A stretch of DNA of 64,000 nucleotides from Gemmatimonadota bacterium (lineage in GTDB: Bacteria > Gemmatimonadota > Gemmatimonadetes > Gemmatimonadales > GWC2-71-9), in NCBI GenBank assembly GCA_041499375.1, contig JBGQKD010000004.1:1137-65136 (forward strand). Direction: 5' to 3'. This document shows positions 1-8,616 of this stretch, one piece after another (the stretch's first letter is position 1; each line of letters opens with the position of its first letter). Under the pieces are notes generated by a model. That model had not been told where the DNA came from and searched no databases. It worked only from the letters and a program-made list of their open reading frames with translations. Both the position numbers and the translations under genes were made by a program.

Positions 1-437
1 TCCATGCACTTGCGTCCAAACTCGGTCGCGAAATTCTTGCCCATCTGACCGCGCGTCATCCGTACCATTTCTTCAGGCATCCGCAGCGCGGGCTCAGCGC
101 CGCTCTTCAAGATCATGCCGCGGACATCGGTTGCCTGATTGCCGAGACCCGGCACCAGGATCTGGAGCACGGTGTTGCCGCTGCTCCCTTTGCTCGCATC
201 GTCGAACACGACTTCGAACCAGTAGTACGGGGAGCCGCCCACCGCTTCGGTCCCGACCACGGCCATCCGCATGGTCGCGCCGTCGGTTCGACCACCGGTC
301 CAGCGGTAGCTGGCCCACTGCCCGACCCGCATCGGTCTTTGCTGAAGGTCGTTGCAGACCTTGTCCTTGTCCTGGGCGGCCAGGGACGGTGCGGCGGCGA
401 GCAAGAGGAAGAGCGCGAGCGATTTGACGTTGAACAC
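1..437 (-). CDS. hypothetical secreted protein; C-terminal end cut by window edge
   Basis: Not in the ORF track because no stop lies in the window. My translation from GTG 437-435 gives MFNVKSLALFLLLAAAPSLAAQDKDKVCNDL...GKNFATEFGRKCME. It has a signal-peptide-like N-terminus and coding-like codon bias. No family recognised. Confidence 0.5.
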   Translation of the reverse strand, partial: MFNVKSLALFLLLAAAPSLAAQDKDKVCNDLQQRPMRVGQWASYRWTGGRTDGATMRMAVVGTEAVGGSPYYWFEVVFDDASKGSSGNTVLQILVPGLGNQATDVRGMILKSGAEPALRMPEEMVRMTRGQMGKNFATEFGRKCM

Positions 438-488
438 GCACAGACTCCGGACCAGGGAAGGGATTATTATACATACTCGTCGATCCAC

Positions 489-570
489 GCGACCGTGGCG
501 GAATTGGCAGACGCGCCAGCCTTAGGAGCTGGTGGGGCAACCCGTGGGGGTTCGAGTCCCTCCGGTCGCA
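489..570 (+). tRNA. tRNA-Leu (anticodon UAG)
   Basis: Cloverleaf read by hand. Acceptor GCGACCG/CGGTCGC plus discriminator A; anticodon stem CCAGC/GCTGG with loop CTTAGGA (TAG at 523-525); long variable arm; T-arm GGGGG-TTCGAGT-CCCTC. CCA is not encoded. Confidence 0.9.
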
Positions 571-686
571 CTGAAAAGCAAAGCGCGGACCTGCAAAGAC
601 TAGGCAACAGACGCACCGTGGGCACAGGCTTGTGGTCAACGGGACAACCCGCGCCCCTATCCCTACTGGTTAGATTATTCCGTCAC

Positions 687-1934
687 ATGCCCGACATTCT
701 GGTGAAGAAAACCCGGGCCGAGCCCGGTGAGGCGTCGCTGGAAGTAACGATCCCGCCCGACAACGTGAAGGCGGCCGAGGAGCGCGCGACGAAGGTCTAT
801 CAGCAGCGCGCCCGTCTGCCCGGGTTCCGTCAGGGCAAGGTGCCTGCTGCCGTCGTGCGAAAGAAATTCGCCGACGACATCCGGCAGGAAACGCTGCGCG
901 ACCTGGTGCAGGAGAGCTGGCGGGTCGCGCAGAAGCAGGAAGAGCTGAAGCCGATCGCCGACCCCCACATCCACAACCTGAAGTGGGAAGAAGGCGCCCC
1001 CGTCACGTTCGAGTTTCATGTCGAGCTGAAGCCCGACTTGAAGCTGCAGCGCCTGGGCGGCTTCCGGCTCACCCGGACCGTGCCCGCGGTCAGCGCCGCG
1101 CAGGTCGACGCCCAGCTCAACGCGATGCGCGAGCAGCGCGCGCCGTGGACGCCGGTCGCGGGCGAGAAGCCGAAGCTCAAGGATCTCGTGGATGTCATCA
1201 TCGCGACCCGCGAGAACGGTGAGGTCAAGGATCCTCAGCCCTACCAGTTCGTGCTGGGCGAGGGCCGGGCGATTCCAGACGTCGAAGAGCGCATCATGAA
1301 CCTGACGCCGGGCGAATCGCTCGATGCCACGGTTCGCTTTCCCGATGACTTCGCCGAAGAAGCCAAGCGCGGCCAGACGCGCGACATCCAGCTCACACTC
1401 CGGGAAGTGAAGCGTCAGGAGCTCGCGACGCTGGACGACGCCTTCGCGCGGGAGATGGGCGATTTCGAGTCGCTCGAGGCGCTCCGCACGGCGGTCGCCA
1501 CGGATCTCGGCAAGGAAGCCGAGCGGGACGCCGACGCCAAGGTGCGCTCGGAGCTGGTCGAGCAGATCGTGCAGGCGAACAACGTCGTCGCGCCGCGCCC
1601 GCTGATCGAGCGCGTCCTGGGGATGTACGCGCAGGCGTACGAGATTCCCGAGGAGCGCTGGCCGCAGTTCGCCGAGGAGTTCCGCTCGATCGCCGAAGCG
1701 CAGGTCCGGCGCGACCTCGTGCTCGACTACGTCGTCGAGTCGCAGACGCTGCGCGCCACCGAAGGCGAGCTGGATGAGCGCATCCAGCAGCTCGCCGAGC
1801 GGCGCGGGATGCCGGCGGCGCAGCTGTATGCGTCGCTGGAGAAGGCCAAACGGCTCCGCGATGTCGCGCGGAGCATCACCGAGGAGAAGGTGTTCGCCTA
1901 TCTCCTGTCGCAGTCCACCGTGGAGCAAGCGTGA
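687..1934 (+). CDS. tig: trigger factor
   Basis: ORF 339..1934 trimmed to ATG 687 ([20 protein letters not shown]). Contains the ribosome-binding motif GFRQGKVP. Sits upstream of clpP-clpX, the usual arrangement. Confidence 0.93.
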   Translation: MPDILVKKTRAEPGEASLEVTIPPDNVKAAEERATKVYQQRARLPGFRQGKVPAAVVRKKFADDIRQETLRDLVQESWRVAQKQEELKPIADPHIHNLKWEEGAPVTFEFHVELKPDLKLQRLGGFRLTRTVPAVSAAQVDAQLNAMREQRAPWTPVAGEKPKLKDLVDVIIATRENGEVKDPQPYQFVLGEGRAIPDVEERIMNLTPGESLDATVRFPDDFAEEAKRGQTRDIQLTLREVKRQELATLDDAFAREMGDFESLEALRTAVATDLGKEAERDADAKVRSELVEQIVQANNVVAPRPLIERVLGMYAQAYEIPEERWPQFAEEFRSIAEAQVRRDLVLDYVVESQTLRATEGELDERIQQLAERRGMPAAQLYASLEKAKRLRDVARSITEEKVFAYLLSQSTVEQA

Positions 1935-2563
1935 CGAAGAGCGAAAGCCACATCTATCCCCCGTACATCATCGAGCGCTCGAGCCGTGGCGAGCGCACCT
2001 ACGACATCTTCAGCCGCCTGCTGATGGACCGCATCGTGTTCCTCGGCACGTCCATCACCGACGATGTCGCCAACATCATCATCGCCCAGCTGCTGTTTCT
2101 CGATGCCGACAACCCGGAACGAGACATCTACCTGTACGTGAATTCCCCAGGTGGACTGGTGTCATCCGGTATGGCGATTTACGACACCATGCAGTTCCTG
2201 CGCGCTCCGGTGAACACGATCTGCATGGGCATGGCCGCCTCGATGGGCTCGTTCCTGCTCACCGCCGGCCGTAAGGGGAAGCGCTCCGCGCTGCCGCACG
2301 CCCGGATCATGATGCACCAGCCGTCAGGCGGCACCCAGGGTACGGCGTCCGACATCGAGATTCAAGCGAGGGAAATCCTGTTCCTGCGGCGGAAGCTCAA
2401 CGAGCTGTATGCCAAGCACACCGGCAAAACGGTCGAATCGATCGAAAAGGACATGGACCGCGACCGCTTCATGTCGGCGGAAGAGGCCAAAGAGTACGGC
2501 CTGATCGATCACGTCATCTCGAACTTCGAGGAAATCAAGGAAGACGGGAAGGCAAAGAAGTGA
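1931..2563 (+). CDS. clpP: ATP-dependent Clp protease proteolytic subunit
   Basis: [20 protein letters not shown], active-site context GMAASMG and MMHQP. GTG start overlaps the tig stop (GTGA). Confidence 0.97.
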   Translation: MTKSESHIYPPYIIERSSRGERTYDIFSRLLMDRIVFLGTSITDDVANIIIAQLLFLDADNPERDIYLYVNSPGGLVSSGMAIYDTMQFLRAPVNTICMGMAASMGSFLLTAGRKGKRSALPHARIMMHQPSGGTQGTASDIEIQAREILFLRRKLNELYAKHTGKTVESIEKDMDRDRFMSAEEAKEYGLIDHVISNFEEIKEDGKAKK

Positions 2564-2604
2564 TCCCTTGCGCCGCTCCAGGAGCCTTCCCATACTAGGA
2601 TACG

Positions 2605-3855
<1,251 letters not shown>

Positions 3856-4429
3856 CCGACCCCCACTACGTCGGCTCGTTTCCCCGAGCTGATGTGCTGC
3901 TCGATCCCCCGCTTCCCGAAGTCGCGTTCGTCGGCCGCTCCAATGTCGGCAAGTCTTCGCTGCTCAATGCCCTCGTGGGACGGCGCATCGCGAAGATCTC
4001 CGGCACGCCGGGCAAGACCCGTGCGCTGAACGTCTTCCTGATCGACGCGTCCCACTACTTTCTCGACTTGCCCGGGTATGGATATGCACGGGCGGGCAAA
4101 GCACAGCGAGCCGCGTTCCGGGGCCTGGTGAAGCACGCCTTGCGACGCGAGCGGTTGCGCGGCGTGGTCTGGCTGCTCGACATCCGGCATGCGCTGTCCG
4201 CGGACGACCAGGCGATGCAGGACGCCCTCGCGGATGAAGAAACGCAGGTGCTCGCGGCCCTCACGAAAGGGGACAAGCTTTCTTCAGCCAAACGCAACAC
4301 GAGAGAGCGCGAGCTGCGCGAAGAGCTGGGGCTGCCGGAGGATCAGGTGACGGTGACGAGTGCGAAGACCGGCGAGGGCATCGCCGACTTGAAGGAAGCG
4401 ATTGCGGGACTGATTTCAGGAGTGGTGCA

Positions 4430-5008
4430 GTGATCATCGCATTGCTGGTGTGTCTCATTGCACAGGATACGGTGCCTGCCGGCTACGGCACGCTGCGCCG
4501 CGACGATATCGCCGTCCGCCTCGCGACGGGCACCATAGAGGTTCAGGTGCTGCCGCTCGACGAGCAGGTGATCCGCCTGTTGGCTCCCGACACCTACCGC
4601 TCGCTCACGGAGCTCGTCCGCAGTCGCGCCGCGGATCTCACCGATGCTGCCGCCCGCGGATCGACGCAGAATCCGACTCTGGTGATGGTGACATTTCTTG
4701 GACTGGTACCACAGGCGCGATTCAATCCGGAGGAGCTGACGATCACCAGCCGCGGCCGCCTGTTTCGCCCCATCGGGATCGTGCCGCTCTCGCCCACCTG
4801 GAGCTCATTTCAGCTCGATGCGCGGCAGCAGGCGGCGGCGATCTACCTCTTCGATCCCGGCATCAGCTTCGCCGAACAGCTGACCGTCAGCTACCAGGCC
4901 CTCTCCGGCGACGCCTGGAGCCACTCGCTGCGCCTGCTCGATCAGGAACGCGCGCGGGTCAGGGCCCGCGCGCAGGTGGGAGCGAAACACGATTCTGGAG
5001 ACCTGTAG
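4430..5008 (+). CDS. hypothetical protein with hydrophobic N-terminus
   Basis: 192-aa ORF with protein-like composition (MIIALLVCLIAQDTVPAGYG...). GTG start overlaps the engB stop (GTGA). No family recognised. Confidence 0.55.
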   Translation: MIIALLVCLIAQDTVPAGYGTLRRDDIAVRLATGTIEVQVLPLDEQVIRLLAPDTYRSLTELVRSRAADLTDAAARGSTQNPTLVMVTFLGLVPQARFNPEELTITSRGRLFRPIGIVPLSPTWSSFQLDARQQAAAIYLFDPGISFAEQLTVSYQALSGDAWSHSLRLLDQERARVRARAQVGAKHDSGDL

Positions 5009-5657
5009 CCCACCGCACGCCCGCCGAGTCCGCACAGATCACATGCATCCCCTGCGCCACCACGAGAGCGCGGGCGCACCCCAGCGCGAGCAGTGCCGCC
5101 GCCCAGGCGTTTGCCGTCAGGCCGTCCCCCGCCAGCACCGTGACCGAGCGTGCACCGCCGCGCGGCGCATTGCGCCGCGACTCGGTCCGGACTGACCCGT
5201 CTTGCAGATCGACGACCGCCAGCGTGCGCAGGGTGTTGTCGGGATCGGGAATGCCGACCGCCCGGTGTGTCGGACGCGCGGGCGACCCTACCCAGAGGTA
5301 CTGGCCGCCCAGGTCCAGCAGCGCGCTGTCCACAACATTGGCGAGCGCCAACGCCGCGCGATCGAGCGCGTATCCAGGAGCCATGCTGTCGACCACGAGT
5401 GCGATACCGGTGCGCCGGCGAATCTCGCGCCGCACGGAATCGAGTGCGGCGATCGATACATGCCGTTGGCGTAGTGAATCGATGTGATCGACGGAATCGC
5501 GCGCCGCGTCCAGGGCGCGCGCAACGCGCGTGCTATCCGTTCCCCACGCGGCGGCCGACATCATCGTCCCCAGCTCGGGCCATACGCGCGAGACACCGGG
5601 GCGCGCCTCGGCGTCGCACGCCGCGAGGCTCAAGCACAGCAGAAGATTGATTCTCAA
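4959..5657 (-). CDS. apbE: divergent ApbE-like (FAD:protein FMN transferase family) lipoprotein
   Basis: Motifs appear in ApbE order: APGYALD, LLDLGG, GIPDP, SVTVLAGDGLTANAWAAALLALG. TTG 5657 gives MRINLLLCLSLAAC with lipobox LAAC. ATG 5684 is an alternative start. Shorter and more degenerate than typical ApbE. Confidence 0.65.
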   Translation of the reverse strand: MRINLLLCLSLAACDAEARPGVSRVWPELGTMMSAAAWGTDSTRVARALDAARDSVDHIDSLRQRHVSIAALDSVRREIRRRTGIALVVDSMAPGYALDRAALALANVVDSALLDLGGQYLWVGSPARPTHRAVGIPDPDNTLRTLAVVDLQDGSVRTESRRNAPRGGARSVTVLAGDGLTANAWAAALLALGCARALVVAQGMHVICADSAGVRWATGLQNRVSLPPARGP

Positions 5658-5676
5658 GATGTATAGTTGAATATAG

Positions 5677-7827
5677 ATGGCCATGGACCTGCTGCGACGA
5701 CACGCACTCGAGTTCGCGACGATTGCGATCGCCCTGATTTTCGCGGGCGCGGGGCTCGTGTTGTGGCGTTTCCGGCAGCGGTTGCTGCGCTCCGAGCAGG
5801 AGCGGCGCCGCGCCGCCGAAGAGCTCAATCGTCGCCTGTCCGAGCTCTTTTCCCTGCAGGAGCTGTCGTACGTCCTGTCCGACTCGCTCGAGCTGGATCG
5901 CATCGTCGAGCAGGTGGTACGCTACGCCGTCCGCTTTCTCGACGCGCAGGGCGCCCTGCTGGCGCTGCTGGGGGATGCGGCCAGCGATCCCCTGCAGATC
6001 GCCGCTGCCGAGGGCACGCTGGCGCCGCTGCGGGGCCAGAAGATCCAGGGCGATGATCCCGGCCTCGTCGCGCGCTCCACGGGCCGGGAGCACCTGGAGC
6101 TGATCCGGAATTCGGGGGGAGGGGCCGCGCCCACGGTGATCGTGAAGGGCTTCGATGCCGCCGCTGCCGCCGCTGTGCCGCTCCGGTCGCATGGCACTGT
6201 CATCGGCACGCTCATCATCACCGACCCCAGGGAAGGCGTGTTCGTCCCGGAGGACATCCGGCTACTCTCTACCCTGGCGACCCACGCCGCCGTCGTCATC
6301 GCGAACGCCCGCTTTTTCGAGATGGTCCGGCGCGCCAAGGAGCAGTGGGAGACCGCCTTCGACGCCTTGAGCGAGGGCATCGCGGTCGTGGACGACGAGG
6401 GACGGGTGCGACGCTCGAATCGCGCGCTCGCCAGCCTGCTCAACATGCCGCTGCAGAACGTCGTCGGCACACCGCTCGGCGAGGCACTGCTCGGCAAGAC
6501 GAGCGCGCTGCAGGAGCTGCTCGCGGCGACGCGGCGCGGCGACCGTCCCGCCCCGCTGGTGGCGCGCTCCGAGCGACTGCGGCGCGCGGTCCGCGTCAAT
6601 GCCGCCCGCATTCCGGGCGCAGCGACCGAACAGAGCATCGTCGTGATGGTCGAGGACGTCACGGAGCAGCAGGCTCTCGAAACGCAGTTGGTTCAGAGCG
6701 AGAAGCTGGCGGCCGTCGGCCAGCTCGTCTCCGGCGTCGCCCATGAGCTCAACAATCCGCTGACATCGATCGCGGGGCTGTCGGAGTTCCTGCTCGAGCA
6801 GAAGGAGCTCGGCAAGAAGGACCGCGGCCATTTGCAGGTGATTCAAGAACAGGCGGAGCGCGCGAGCCGCATCGTGCGCAATCTCCTCACGTTCGCGCGC
6901 AAAGGCGCCGCCGAGCGCGTGCCGGTCGACTTGAACGACGTGATTCGCCGGACGCTCTCCCTGACGGCCTACGACCTGAAGCTCCAGGACATCGCGGTCG
7001 AGCGGGAGCTGAGTGGCGCGCTCCCCGACGTCTTCGGTGACCGGCACGGATTGCAGCAGGTTGTCCTCAATCTTCTGACGAACGCCGCCCACGCGGTCGC
7101 TGAAAACCCGCGCGAGCGCCAACGCCAGATCACCGTCTCGACCTGGTTCGACGGGCAGGTGCACCTGCGCGTGGCGGACACGGGACCGGGCATTTCCGAC
7201 GAGGTCGCGCAAAGCGTGTTCACGCCGTTCTTCACGACGAAAGAGCCCGGTAAGGGCACCGGCCTCGGCTTGTCGATCACGTATTCGATCGTCGAGAGTC
7301 ATGGTGGGCAGATCACGCTCGAACCACGCGGCCCGCGTGGCGGCGCGGCGTTTCGCGTGGACCTGCCTCCCGCGCCGGCCGACGCCGTGCGGCCGGCACT
7401 GACACCCGTGCACGGCACCCCGGCCGTCAACGCCGCGTCGACGGTGAAGCGCACGATTCTGCTCGTCGACGCGGATCCCGCGGTGCAACGGACGATCAAG
7501 GCGCTGTTCGCGCGCGACGGCCATGACGTCGAAGTGGCGGGCGATCCGCAGCACGCGCTCGACCTGGCACAGCGCGGCGGCTTCGACCTCGTGATCACCG
7601 ACGCGCGCGCGATGGCGCCGGGGAAACGCGGGACACTGTTGGCGGAGGAATTGGTGACGCGGATGCCGGCGCTGCGGGATCGGATCATCGTCGCCACGGG
7701 CGACGTGCGCCCGACGACGGAAGAGACGCTCGCGCGTCTCGGCGTGCGTTACGTGCGCAAGCCTTTCAACCTGCGCGATCTCCGCGTCGAGGCGGCCCGC
7801 TTGTGGGAGGCGACGGCGCTGTCGTAG
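5677..7827 (+). CDS. hybrid sensor histidine kinase (TM, GAF-like, PAS, HisKA, HATPase, C-terminal REC)
   Basis: H-box SGVAHELNNPL; N/G boxes NLLTNAAHA, DTGPGI, GKGTGLGL. C-terminal receiver ILLVDAD...DLVITDARAM...VRKPF. Confidence 0.9.
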   Translation: MAMDLLRRHALEFATIAIALIFAGAGLVLWRFRQRLLRSEQERRRAAEELNRRLSELFSLQELSYVLSDSLELDRIVEQVVRYAVRFLDAQGALLALLGDAASDPLQIAAAEGTLAPLRGQKIQGDDPGLVARSTGREHLELIRNSGGGAAPTVIVKGFDAAAAAAVPLRSHGTVIGTLIITDPREGVFVPEDIRLLSTLATHAAVVIANARFFEMVRRAKEQWETAFDALSEGIAVVDDEGRVRRSNRALASLLNMPLQNVVGTPLGEALLGKTSALQELLAATRRGDRPAPLVARSERLRRAVRVNAARIPGAATEQSIVVMVEDVTEQQALETQLVQSEKLAAVGQLVSGVAHELNNPLTSIAGLSEFLLEQKELGKKDRGHLQVIQEQAERASRIVRNLLTFARKGAAERVPVDLNDVIRRTLSLTAYDLKLQDIAVERELSGALPDVFGDRHGLQQVVLNLLTNAAHAVAENPRERQRQITVSTWFDGQVHLRVADTGPGISDEVAQSVFTPFFTTKEPGKGTGLGLSITYSIVESHGGQITLEPRGPRGGAAFRVDLPPAPADAVRPALTPVHGTPAVNAASTVKRTILLVDADPAVQRTIKALFARDGHDVEVAGDPQHALDLAQRGGFDLVITDARAMAPGKRGTLLAEELVTRMPALRDRIIVATGDVRPTTEETLARLGVRYVRKPFNLRDLRVEAARLWEATALS

Positions 7828-8138
7828 GCCTCCGACGGCCAGCCATATGTCGCAAGGTTTACCGCTCCACCCGGTGCGAACCGCACGCCCTCGCGCAGTA
7901 GCAGTGCACGTTGCAAGACCGCGCTGTGATCGTGCCCGGAAAACGAAATGCGGCCCGCGGCGTTGATGACGCGCCACCACGGCACATCGTTGTCCTCGGG
8001 GAGTGCGGAGAGCGCCCAGCCGACCGTGCGCGCGGCGCCGGGGCGACCCGCGAGCCGCGCGATGATCCCGTACGTCGCCACCCGTCCCTTGGGGATGTGA
8101 CGGACCACGCGGTAGATCCGATGATAGAATGGATTCAC
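7749..8138 (-). CDS. alkyltransferase-like (ATL/YbaZ-type) MGMT-family DNA-binding protein lacking the catalytic Cys
   Basis: ORF trimmed to GTG 8138, which lies after the upstream gene's stop. MNPFYHRIYRVVRHIPKGRVATYG..AARTVGWAL..VPWWRVINAAGRIS resembles E. coli YbaZ as I recall it. PCHR is replaced by PWWR. Confidence 0.8.
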   Translation of the reverse strand: MNPFYHRIYRVVRHIPKGRVATYGIIARLAGRPGAARTVGWALSALPEDNDVPWWRVINAAGRISFSGHDHSAVLQRALLLREGVRFAPGGAVNLATYGWPSEAYDSAVASHKRAASTRRSRRLKGLRT

Positions 8139-8152
8139 AAGGGAGCCCGGTA

Positions 8153-8605
8153 CTAGCTTACTCGCAGGACGTCTTCCAGCAAGCCCGCGTCCCCACCCCC
8201 CACTATTGACAAAATGTCCTCCATTGCTCTCCGCTCTCGCGGCCAGGCGAACCGCCCCGCCGCGTCCCGGGCCTTGAGCCACTCCGCGCGATCGTGCTCC
8301 GCCGAGAGTTTTACGCTCGCGCCGGACGCAACGAACGCGGCGAACACCGGAATCAGCGCCACCTCGTCGCGCGTGTGCTGATAAAATGCTTCCGTGCGGC
8401 TGAGATTGTAGAATTTTTCCGGCACGAGGCCGGTTTCTTCGCGCAGCTCACGCAGTGACGCCTGCACCGGGGTCTCGCCGGGCTCGATCGTGCCGTGCAC
8501 CGTCTCCCACGATCTGACGTTGCGGCCGTGCGGGCCGCGCCGCAGCGCCAGCACCTCGAGCGTCGGCCCAGCTCCGCGCAGCGCGTACGTGTCCACGAAG
8601 GACAC
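8153..8605 (-). CDS. NUDIX hydrolase
   Basis: Nudix box GTIEPGETPVQASLRELREETGL. Confidence 0.85.
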   Translation of the reverse strand: MSFVDTYALRGAGPTLEVLALRRGPHGRNVRSWETVHGTIEPGETPVQASLRELREETGLVPEKFYNLSRTEAFYQHTRDEVALIPVFAAFVASGASVKLSAEHDRAEWLKARDAAGRFAWPRERRAMEDILSIVGGGDAGLLEDVLRVS

Positions 8606-8616
8606 TCGAACGGAAG

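Noticed and set aside
489-570. tRNA-Leu as a possible integration hotspot or genomic island border.
   Set aside because: It is flanked by a hypothetical gene and the conserved tig-clpP-clpX cluster. There is no integrase, no duplicated tRNA 3' end and no direct repeat anywhere in the window.
675-1928. Long antisense or out-of-frame ORFs mirroring real genes. Examples: 675..1928(-), 2608..3840(-), 6262..7980(-), 9076..10785(+), 9494..10924(-), 11541..12935(+), 14303..15718(-), 19024..19986(+), 20145..21212(+), 22577..24028(-), 34841..36067(+), 37823..39094(+), 43343..44722(+), 50740..51990(+), 56852..58624(+).
   Set aside because: Their translations are Arg/Ala/Pro/Gly-rich low-complexity strings with no recognisable motifs. 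Each lies opposite to, or out of frame with, a gene that has unmistakable family motifs. Stop-poor shadow frames like these are typical of high-GC DNA.
4450-5487. 345-aa plus-strand ORF spanning the hypothetical gene and the ApbE-like gene. Similarly 15256..17184 (642 aa), which spans three genes on two strands.
   Set aside because: The composition is Arg/Pro/Ala junk, and both run across convergent or divergent gene boundaries. The alternative frames carry the recognisable domains.
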